Assembly: GCA_035315885.1 (NCBI GenBank)
Contig: DATFXM010000021.1
Span: forward strand, 1 to 27,313
Direction: 5' to 3'
Length of the DNA: 27,313 nt
Source: Blastocatellia bacterium
Lineage (GTDB): Bacteria > Acidobacteriota > Blastocatellia > UBA7656
In this document: positions 17,528 to 24,910 of the stretch, in pieces
Layout of the letters: each line of letters starts with the position of its first letter
Position numbering within the stretch: position 1 is the first letter of the stretch
Position numbers and translations under genes: made by a program
The notes under the pieces: model-generated
Seen by the model: the letters and a program-made list of their open reading frames with translations, nothing else
What the model was told of the DNA's origin: nothing
Database searches by the model: none

Positions 17528-18295
17528 CTGCATCGTCTCCACAAAAGCCCTCGCTTCCGGATCGTCGAGTTTCAGGAATTCTTCGGTGGACGTAAGTGCG
17601 ATCAAGTGCCCGTCCTTGAACAGACCAATTCGGGACGCGAGAAGGAAGGCCTCGCGTACGTCGTGTGTCACAAACACGATCGTCTTGTTCAGCCTCTTTG
17701 AGAGCGCCGCAAACTCACGCTGAAGCCCTGCGCGAGTCAGCGGGTCAAGCGCTCCAAACGGCTCGTCCATAAGAATGATGGGCGGGTCGCCCGCCAACGC
17801 TCGAGCCACACCGACTCGTTGCCGTTGGCCGCCCGACAACTCCGCCGGCGAACGATGCGCAAAGGACGCGTGATCAAGTCCCACCAGGTCGAGTAGCTCC
17901 CGAACCCGCGTTGCAATTCTTTCCGGAGCCCAGCCGTTCAGTGTTGGCACCAGTGCAATGTTTCGTTCAACCGTGAAATGCGGAAACAGTCCAGTCTCCT
18001 GAATCACGTACCCAATATGACGCCGGAGTTTGATGGCGTCCCATAGAGTCGTCGGTTTGCTTTCGACCAGGATTTCGCCCTCAGTCGGGTCAAGAAGCCG
18101 GTTGATCAGTTTTAGAGTCGTAGTCTTTCCTGATCCACTGCGGCCCAAAAGCACCAGAGTTTCGCCGGCGGACACCACAAAATTCAAATCGGAGACAAGG
18201 TTCTTTCCTTGTGGAATGGTCAGCGTGACATCCCGGAACTCAATCGCGGCGGCGGGTACATCCCGTTCGTCTGTTCGGGGCTGAGGTTTTTCCAC
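17525..18295 (-). CDS. ABC transporter ATP-binding protein, betaine/ProV-OpuCA-like but lacking the C-terminal CBS pair (EgtV-like)
   Basis: 256 aa. Walker A GRSGSGKTT, signature LSGGQRQRV, Walker B ILMDEPFGALD and the H-loop are present. GTG start lies 5 nt after the egtD stop. Confidence 0.85.
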   Translation of the reverse strand: MEKPQPRTDERDVPAAAIEFRDVTLTIPQGKNLVSDLNFVVSAGETLVLLGRSGSGKTTTLKLINRLLDPTEGEILVESKPTTLWDAIKLRRHIGYVIQETGLFPHFTVERNIALVPTLNGWAPERIATRVRELLDLVGLDHASFAHRSPAELSGGQRQRVGVARALAGDPPIILMDEPFGALDPLTRAGLQREFAALSKRLNKTIVFVTHDVREAFLLASRIGLFKDGHLIALTSTEEFLKLDDPEARAFVETMQ

Positions 18296-18300
18296 CTGAG

Positions 18301-19329
18301 CTAGTCCACTGAAAGGAGGTTGAAGCTGAACCGACGACCAGCATCAAACCAGGTCCGCGAGAGCTTGAAACCACCCCTCCTCGCGATCTCGCCCAGCTTG
18401 TCCAGATCGTATTTGTACGAGCTTTCGGTGTGAACCGATTCACCGGGTTCGAACTCGACTTCAAGGTCGAGCGCACCAATTCGAATTGTCTGCCGAATCC
18501 GACTCACAAGGTGCATCTCTACGCGGCTGAGCGCTTCGTTATAACACGAGCGATGCTCGAACTCTTCCAGCTTGAAATCGGAGCGCAATTCGCGGTTGAT
18601 GCGGACCAGAAGGTTGAGATTGAAAGCGGCAGTGACGCCGAGGGAGTCATCGTAAGCCGGTATCAGCACGTCGGGTGATTTCTTGAGGTCAGCCCCAAGC
18701 AGGAAGGCATCACCGCTATCAAGCAACTCGCGGACGGCGCTGAGAAACGATACAGCTTCGTCCGGGTCGAAGTTGCCGATGTTCGACCCGAGAAAGAGCG
18801 CTACTGTGCGCTCGGAACCGCCGTGTTGTGCGCGCTCTCGCTTAAAGGCTTCCAAAGCGGTGAAGTAGTCTGCTGCGTACGCGGTGATGCGAAGTTTCGG
18901 GTAGGCGCGCAGCAGCTCCCGGCTGCTTGTCTGAAGGCTTGCCGGCGAGATGTCTACGGGCAAGTAATGGAGCTCCGTTTGACGACGAAGGAACGCCTCG
19001 ATGAGGAGGCGCGTCTTCTCGGCACTACCGCTTCCGAGCTCGATCAGCCGGACCGAAGGGCTGGAATTCGCGATCGAGGTTGCGATTTCGGTGGATCGCT
19101 CGCGCAGAATTTGGCTCTCGGCTCGCGTCAGGTAGTATTCAGGCAGGCAACAGATCGCTTCGAAAAGGCGAGACCCCAGTTCGTCGTAAAAATACTTTGG
19201 AGGTAGATGTTTGGGTTTTTGAGTCAGCCCGTTGCGCACATCGCGCCCTAGCGCGCTGCTGTCGCCTCCGTCCGCAAGTTGATGGATGATCAAGCGATCG
19301 TCTTGTTGAGGATATGTTTTTTGCGCCAC
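18301..19329 (-). CDS. egtD: L-histidine N-alpha-methyltransferase EgtD (hercynine synthase, ergothioneine pathway)
   Basis: 342 aa, collinear with mycobacterial EgtD: PPKYFYDELGSRLFEAICCLPEYYLTRAE, ELGSGSAEKTRLL, LFLGSNIGNF, PAYDDSLGVTAAFNLNLL, ESSYKY. Confidence 0.9.
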   Translation of the reverse strand: MAQKTYPQQDDRLIIHQLADGGDSSALGRDVRNGLTQKPKHLPPKYFYDELGSRLFEAICCLPEYYLTRAESQILRERSTEIATSIANSSPSVRLIELGSGSAEKTRLLIEAFLRRQTELHYLPVDISPASLQTSSRELLRAYPKLRITAYAADYFTALEAFKRERAQHGGSERTVALFLGSNIGNFDPDEAVSFLSAVRELLDSGDAFLLGADLKKSPDVLIPAYDDSLGVTAAFNLNLLVRINRELRSDFKLEEFEHRSCYNEALSRVEMHLVSRIRQTIRIGALDLEVEFEPGESVHTESSYKYDLDKLGEIARRGGFKLSRTWFDAGRRFSFNLLSVD

Positions 19330-19417
19330 CTGCCCCTCACCTGGACTATCTCCGGAAGCCCCGCAACTGCTATGGACATCTCGTAATGCTACCGTAGTTC
19401 ATTCATCGTGCCAAACG

Positions 19418-19672
19418 AGAGTTCTGAGTACTGAGTTCTGATTTAATGGCCCTGAGTAGGAGATGAGGGGATTGAGAGAGCCTCTGCGGCCTTTGCGAAC
19501 CATGCGGCCTTTGCGTGAAACCCGGATTTGCCCCCTGCAGCGGATTGTGGACACAGCGCTTTGTCCCCGGGGTCAACAGCTTGGAAGTCTGGTTTCACGC
19601 AAAGACCCCGGAGGCTCTCCTCATCCCCTCATTTCCAACTCAGCACTCAGGACTCAGCACTAAGAACTGAGC
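19418..19672. repeat. Composite nested palindromic element E7 (~255 bp): GAGTTCT-array outer arms, GGAGATGAGG inner arms, further inner inverted repeats
   Basis: Outer gagagttctgagtactgagttctga / actcagcactcaggactcagcactaagaactgagc. Inner aggagatgaggggattgagagagcctc / gaggctctcctcatcccctcat. Innermost ggcctttgcgtgaaacc / ggtttcacgcaaagacc. ggcctttgcg also occurs as a direct duplicate. Confidence 0.75.
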
Positions 19673-19920
19673 GACCGGCAGCCGTAACTACCTCTACCCA
19701 GAGCGCATTAGATCGGCGGGAGCCAGAGAAAATCTTACACGGGGCGCCTGTAACAATTACCGGCTTGCAGGCTTTTGGCCGGCCGTAAACGCTCAAAATG
19801 CTGGGGATTTTGGGGAGACCGGCCCGGCACAGGGATTGCGGAAGACTCAGTGGGGCAGAGATACGGGTGATGAAAATCATTTCCGGTCTCTTATTCGGTT
19901 ACTGTGGTGAGGACGGTAAC

Positions 19921-19951
19921 CAAAGGCGATGCGGGAATCTCGCATCGCCTT
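19921..19951 (+). other. Perfect 12-bp stem-loop immediately upstream of the OmpA-like gene
   Basis: AAAGGCGATGCG-ggaatct-CGCATCGCCTTT, followed by ATTCTCATTTCG. It ends 22 nt before the ATG at 19974. Confidence 0.5.
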
Positions 19952-19973
19952 TATTCTCATTTCGACAGGCAGC

Positions 19974-20708
19974 ATGAAAGGGTTTATGACGACCAGACTT
20001 GGCCGTGTCATTGCGGTCAGTTTACTCGCGACAGCCTGCTGCGCTGGGTGTGCGACTAAGAAGTACGCAAGAAATCGGGTAAACGAGCGGGTTACCCCGC
20101 TCGAGAGCCGAACCGGGGAACTCGAGGAGACGTCCAGGCGCAACAGCCAGGACATCTCGAGGCTTGCCGGCGACGTTACTGATGTTCGGCGGCGAGCCGA
20201 CCGGGCTCAGGCTCAAGGCGAAGCAGCTACGACTCGCGCCGAAGAAGCCAGCCGTCGTGCCGGATCCGCTGAAGCAGCAGTCGGCGACCTGAGAGCGAAC
20301 CTGGATAAGTACTCGCTCCAGAAGACCGCCACTGTAAACTTCAAGACCGACAGTTATGAGTTATCTCCTGACGCGCGGGCGGTCCTCGACCAGCTTGCTG
20401 CCCAGATTAGAGACCGCGAGAACTTCATATTCGAAATTGAGGGCTTTGCCGATGCTCGTGGCACCGATGCTTATAACTTTCAGCTCACCGCGAAGCGGGC
20501 CGACGCGGTTAGGCGTTACTTTGCGGAGCAGCACAAGGTTTCCCTGTTCAGGATGCACGTCCTCGGGATGGGCGAGTCGAACGCGGTAGCTGACAACACC
20601 ACTATCGAAGGACGAGCACAAAACCGGAGAGTAGAAATAAGGTTGCTGAGCCGAGAGCCGGCGCTGTCACAGTCAGCGCGGCGTGCGTCCCCCGATAAAA
20701 ATCAGTGA
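19974..20708 (+). CDS. OmpA-family peptidoglycan-binding lipoprotein with a central coiled-coil
   Basis: Signal and Cys-rich lipobox-like region (LLATACCAGC). The C-terminal OmpA_C domain carries FDTDSYELSP-like, NFQLTAKRADAV and RRVEI motifs. The start is placed at ATG 19974; the ORF-track start is at 19929. Confidence 0.75.
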   Translation: MKGFMTTRLGRVIAVSLLATACCAGCATKKYARNRVNERVTPLESRTGELEETSRRNSQDISRLAGDVTDVRRRADRAQAQGEAATTRAEEASRRAGSAEAAVGDLRANLDKYSLQKTATVNFKTDSYELSPDARAVLDQLAAQIRDRENFIFEIEGFADARGTDAYNFQLTAKRADAVRRYFAEQHKVSLFRMHVLGMGESNAVADNTTIEGRAQNRRVEIRLLSREPALSQSARRASPDKNQ

Positions 20709-20762
20709 GTCCTGACGCAGAGTCGAGGCTAGAACCCAAAGCCCTCGTTCGCCCCCAAGAAG

Positions 20763-20794
20763 AAAAGCGCATCGCTGATGCGCTTTTTTCTTTT
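20763..20794 (+). terminator. Rho-independent terminator after the OmpA-like gene
   Basis: AAAAGCGCATC-gct-GATGCGCTTTT, followed by TTCTTTTGG. Confidence 0.7.
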
Positions 20795-20810
20795 GGTTCT
20801 CCTGGTCAAC

Positions 20811-20853
20811 GAAATGGAAAAACGCGCTCACGACAACCGATCGTGAGCGCGTT
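20811..20853 (-). terminator. Rho-independent terminator after the TonB-dependent receptor gene (convergent with the previous terminator)
   Basis: 13-bp perfect stem AACGCGCTCACGA / TCGTGAGCGCGTT with loop caaccga. On the minus strand it is followed by TTTTTCCATTT. Confidence 0.65.
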
Positions 20854-20892
20854 TCTTTCTGCGCGGTGGATTCTGCAGGGGTCCGCGCAGGT

Positions 20893-23800
20893 TTAGAACG
20901 TGAACTTCACTGCAAGCTGCAACTGACGCGGATCGCCCACTCCGACTCTCAGAAAGCCGTCGAAGTTGAACAAAGCCGGCGAGACCAGCGGGTTGACGTT
21001 GTTGTCATTATTAAACGTGTTGAACATCTCGACCATCGGAGTCAGGGTCATTCGATCGTTGAACTTGAATGGGCGCAGCAGCCGCCAGTCGAACGAGAAG
21101 TAATCGTTGTTCTTCCGGATGCTGTTTCTTCCCTGATCAACGCCGTTCACCACACGCGGGTTCGGAGTGATGGGTTGCGCGGAATGAGCTTGCATTCGAG
21201 TGTTCAACTGAAAGCCCCAGCCGGGTTCGCAGTAGGCGAAGAAGTTGAACTTGTGCCGCTCGTCCCGGTCCGACAGCGAGTAGTCTTTACCGAAGTCGTT
21301 GTGATCAAACACTCGGTCGGTGAACGGATCGCGTTCGTTCGAGTCGTCGTCCAGATCCTTCGAGTACACGTAATTCCCTTCGAGCTGGAACCGGTTGCTG
21401 AAGCGCTTCCTCAATCCAACGGTGAGTCCGCGATACAGCGATTTCGCCGAGCTCTGCGTAACGAACACGTCGCCCAATTGAGGTCCGAACGGCGCAGGTC
21501 CTTGGTTGATGTTTACAAACCTGGTAAGGTGTACGCCCTTCGAATGGGTGAAGTCGACATACGCCGCCCAGTTCGGAGACAGCTCCTGTTCGAAAGCTAC
21601 ATTGGTCGTGTAGATCCTGGGATTGGCGTAGTCTTTTGAAAAGACCCGCACACCGGTAAACAGAGGGAAGGTCCCCGGCGGAACGTCGGGTATCGGCGCA
21701 AGCCCAGGCCACGTCGGAGCGCTGGCAAACCCCTGACGAATCAGATCCGTACTCGCGAAGTTAGTTCGTTGTTGAGCGCCGTTGGTTGTGATCGAGCCAA
21801 CCTGGCTGAGCATATTCTGCCGGGCATTGTAGATGCCCCAGCTCGCCCGCAGCACTGACCTGCCCTTCTTGCTTATGTCCCAGGCGAATCCGACGCGCGG
21901 CTGAAACATCTTCCACTGATCGTGCAACGTGCCGTCTGACGGGAACCGCGGATCGTTCAGGAAAGGACCGTAAGCAGTTTGCTCCGGAGGCACGACAGCA
22001 TTAGGAAACACCTGGGCTTCCCATCTCAGGCCGTAGTTGAGCGTGAGGTTTGGCAGGATCTGAAACTTGTCCTGCGCGAAAAATGCGATGTCATCATTCT
22101 TGATTGTGGACGCGCCTGGAGGGGGAACACCGCTCAGACCGCTCGGTATTCCGTCCTGCAGGTAGAACAAGAGAGGACCGCCGCTCGTGGCCCCGCCCGG
22201 ACACGTTGCCGGCAACGTCACGAAGGTTCCGTTGGAGCAGCCGATGGTGTTTGGCCCAAACCCTCCGGGCGCGGCGGGTGACGCGTAACGAAGGAAACCG
22301 GTGACGCTGTCGAACAGGTAGCGGCCGGTGAAGAATCCGCGAAACACCTGGTCGTTCAGCGTGTGAATCCACTCGCCTCCCATCTTAAATGTGTGTTTTC
22401 CCTCGATGATCGAGAAGCTGTCCCGGAGCTGCGTTCGCCAGATCAGCTCGTCTACATTCGGCTGCAGGAAGAACGGATTTCCGAATCTGAAAGTTGGAAC
22501 GAAACCCATTCCGGTGTCCGCAAGAAGGTTTGACTGTGTCGCCTCACGCGGACGAGACTCTCGCGAATAGGTAAAGTGAGCTTCGTTCAGCTTTGTTGGC
22601 GAAAGCGTGCTGAACAGGTTGAGGTTGAACACATTGATCTTCGATGGCCCCTCAGTGCCGTTCGCCGACGTTCCGTAAGTCGCCACGTCGAAGGTCTGGT
22701 TTTCATTCTTCGAGTGGTCAAAGTTGTACGACGCGCTGAGCTTGTTGTTAGCCGTCAGACTCCAGTCCAGCTTGCCCAGGACAGCGCTATTTCGAATCGG
22801 GTGTTTGACCGCCAACCCCTCGTTTTGTCCAAGCTTGCTTTGGAAGAAATTCAGCAGCGCAAGCCGCTGACAATCGGGGCTGCCGTTGATCAGCGCTTCG
22901 TTTGCGGGCACGGTAGGAGCCGCAACAGGGCATGGCGTTCCGATCGGAATGCTGAGGTTGGAGCGAGTGAGATTCGAAATGATCTGCTCAAACGCACCGA
23001 AGAAGAAAACCTTGTCTTTTATGATCGGTCCGCCGATGGTTCCGCCGAACTGCTCTCTATGAAAATCGGTGAGTGGCTGGTGGTCGGAGGTCTCGGCAGA
23101 AAGACCCTCAAGCCGTTGATAATGAAACAAGCTGCCGTGGATGGTGTTGGTGCCCGATTTCGTGATCACATTTATAACGCCGCCGGCGGTTCTGCCGAAC
23201 TCGGCGCTGGCTCCGCTCGAGATCACCTGGAATTCCTTGACCGCCTCCAGGGTGATGTCGATCGCGGCGCGTTGACCACCTGCCTGTTCGCCGAAGAATC
23301 CATTGTTGTAGTCTCCACCGTCCAGGCTGATGTTATTGAATATGCCGCGCTGTCCGGAGAAGTTAATTTCGTCACCGTCCGGGCCCTGGGTGATGGCGAC
23401 GCCTGGGGTCAGCGTAAGCAGGTCCTCAAACTTGCGCCCGAGAATCGGAGTTGTGCTCACCGAGAGCTCGTTCAGGGTCGTGCTCGATTCAGTCTTGACC
23501 GTATCGATGGTTGGGGCCGCGGTGATTGTGATCTTCTCCTCTAGACGGGAGACTTTCATGTTGAGAGAGAGCGTTATTGCCTGCCCGACCGTGAGCTCGA
23601 GGTTTTGCTGAATCAGCGTTGCAAACCCCTGTTTGCTGGCGGTTAGGGTGTATTTCCCGGGTTGGAGCTGAAGAAAAACGAATCTTCCGTCGGAGCCGGT
23701 TTCCAGCTTCTTGCTGAAGTTGGTGTCCAGATTCAAGACTTCGACGCTCGCTCCGGCGACAACCGACCCTTGTTCGTCGAGCACCGTTCCCTGGATTACT

Positions 23801-23898
23801 CCGGTGGTGATCTGAGTCTGGCCTGCAGCCGAATGCACGAGCGCGAGCATGAGCAAAACTGATAGCAAGATTCTTGAGCGTGCCTGAGCTTTTTTCAT
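20893..23898 (-). CDS. TonB-dependent outer-membrane receptor with an N-terminal carboxypeptidase-regulatory-like domain
   Basis: ~1000 aa. Signal peptide (MKKAQARSRILLSVLLMLALVHSAAG). CarbopepD_reg motif (GVIQGTVLDEQGSVVAGASVEVLNLDTN...GKYTLTASKQGF). Plug and beta-barrel regions, ending in an aromatic residue (KFTF). The start is placed at ATG 23898; the ORF-track start is at 23964. Confidence 0.85.
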   Translation of the reverse strand: MKKAQARSRILLSVLLMLALVHSAAGQTQITTGVIQGTVLDEQGSVVAGASVEVLNLDTNFSKKLETGSDGRFVFLQLQPGKYTLTASKQGFATLIQQNLELTVGQAITLSLNMKVSRLEEKITITAAPTIDTVKTESSTTLNELSVSTTPILGRKFEDLLTLTPGVAITQGPDGDEINFSGQRGIFNNISLDGGDYNNGFFGEQAGGQRAAIDITLEAVKEFQVISSGASAEFGRTAGGVINVITKSGTNTIHGSLFHYQRLEGLSAETSDHQPLTDFHREQFGGTIGGPIIKDKVFFFGAFEQIISNLTRSNLSIPIGTPCPVAAPTVPANEALINGSPDCQRLALLNFFQSKLGQNEGLAVKHPIRNSAVLGKLDWSLTANNKLSASYNFDHSKNENQTFDVATYGTSANGTEGPSKINVFNLNLFSTLSPTKLNEAHFTYSRESRPREATQSNLLADTGMGFVPTFRFGNPFFLQPNVDELIWRTQLRDSFSIIEGKHTFKMGGEWIHTLNDQVFRGFFTGRYLFDSVTGFLRYASPAAPGGFGPNTIGCSNGTFVTLPATCPGGATSGGPLLFYLQDGIPSGLSGVPPPGASTIKNDDIAFFAQDKFQILPNLTLNYGLRWEAQVFPNAVVPPEQTAYGPFLNDPRFPSDGTLHDQWKMFQPRVGFAWDISKKGRSVLRASWGIYNARQNMLSQVGSITTNGAQQRTNFASTDLIRQGFASAPTWPGLAPIPDVPPGTFPLFTGVRVFSKDYANPRIYTTNVAFEQELSPNWAAYVDFTHSKGVHLTRFVNINQGPAPFGPQLGDVFVTQSSAKSLYRGLTVGLRKRFSNRFQLEGNYVYSKDLDDDSNERDPFTDRVFDHNDFGKDYSLSDRDERHKFNFFAYCEPGWGFQLNTRMQAHSAQPITPNPRVVNGVDQGRNSIRKNNDYFSFDWRLLRPFKFNDRMTLTPMVEMFNTFNNDNNVNPLVSPALFNFDGFLRVGVGDPRQLQLAVKFTF

Positions 23899-23972
23899 GT
23901 TCCGCCCCCAATATGTTGTAATGGTGTCTGCGTTGGCGCGCATTCTATAGCGGCTTTGAAACACACGTCAAC

Positions 23973-24096
23973 GAGTAAGAGTACTGATTTCTGAGTCATG
24001 AGTTCTGATGGGTTAAGGGAGATGATGGGTTAAGGGAGATGAGGGATGAGGAGATGCGGAGATGAGGAGACTCAGAACTCAGAACTCAGAACTTCC
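23973..24096. repeat. Heptamer-array palindromic element E8 with a tandem 17-mer and GGAGATGAGG core
   Basis: Left gagtaagagtactgatttctgagtcatgagttctga. Core gatgggttaagggagat x2 then gagggatgaggagatgcggagatgaggaga. Right ctcagaactcagaactcagaacttcc. Confidence 0.75.
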
Positions 24097-24217
24097 CATT
24101 TGCCTTTTGGCTCGTCAGAATATCCTTGACCCTCCCGTCTTAGGCGATACCATGACGGGCGCAGAGATCTGAATCAACGCTGCGAGTAGTTCTTCGAAAA
24201 GCCCGTCGTGGCAAGAT

Positions 24218-24877
24218 ATGACGTTCCTGATAATTATTCTCACATTGGCAGTTGCGGCATCCGCACTGTTTCTGTTGTTTTGGGCCCGTACTTCAACTGC
24301 AACTCGGTGGGATCATCAGCTCTACCCTCGCGAACCGGTCAGTCTCTTTGAGGCCCCGCCGCCGGAGGACGAGCCGATCCCTGATCAGCAACGTGAGTCA
24401 TTGATTGAGCGCGCCCGTCAAGGCGAGTTGACAACCCTCAGCGAGGCCAGCAGGCACGGCGACGATCTGTACGAAGAAGTACTCGATGTGCTAGCCGAGT
24501 CTCGAAGCAAGGAACAGGAATTCGCCGAGTTGACCGAGTACATCTCACAAACGAACGGCCTGCGTTCAAGCCGGCGAGTCGCGCGGCTTGCGATCGAGCG
24601 CTGGAATGCATCTCCTACTGTGAGCTCGACCGCCCGGATGCTGCATATTGCAGCGCTTTCTGACGATGCCGAAACCTATCATCGAGCCGTGGACGCGGTG
24701 CGTGATGTCTGGAATGCCGACAAACTCAGGATCTCAGCAAACGATTTGAAGCAACTGGTTGAAAGCCAGTTCTGGGTACTTTCACCCGAAGCGCGCCGAA
24801 GCGGCGCGGGATTTCAACTGAAAAGAAGGCTAGCAGGTTTTCGCCGCGAGCTGGCGGCAGCGACTGCTGCGCGTTGA
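24218..24877 (+). CDS. Hypothetical single-pass membrane protein (N-terminal TM, helical acidic cytoplasmic region)
   Basis: 219 aa. Starts MTFLIIILTLAVAASALFLLFWA, then Glu/Arg/Ala-rich with no recognisable motif. Lies 33 nt upstream of the flotillin gene on the same strand. Confidence 0.5.
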   Translation: MTFLIIILTLAVAASALFLLFWARTSTATRWDHQLYPREPVSLFEAPPPEDEPIPDQQRESLIERARQGELTTLSEASRHGDDLYEEVLDVLAESRSKEQEFAELTEYISQTNGLRSSRRVARLAIERWNASPTVSSTARMLHIAALSDDAETYHRAVDAVRDVWNADKLRISANDLKQLVESQFWVLSPEARRSGAGFQLKRRLAGFRRELAAATAAR

Positions 24878-24910
24878 ACGCACACTCACACAGCCAGCAA
24901 GAGGTTTCTC

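Noticed and set aside
19463-19880. ORFs of 66-86 aa on both strands in the egtD upstream region
   Set aside because: They run through the nested palindrome E7, are Arg/Pro/Ser-rich low-complexity, and have no RBS.
1767-24096. Possibility that the short tandem repeats are a CRISPR array
   Set aside because: Repeat units are 7 nt with no unique spacers. They occur as inverted pairs at scattered loci, not as a single array of 25-50-nt repeats.
24134-24165. TTGACC ... TACCAT as a promoter for the 24218 gene
   Set aside because: The -10 match is poor and spacing is ambiguous. It could equally be unrelated or serve the divergent TonB receptor gene, so it was not annotated.
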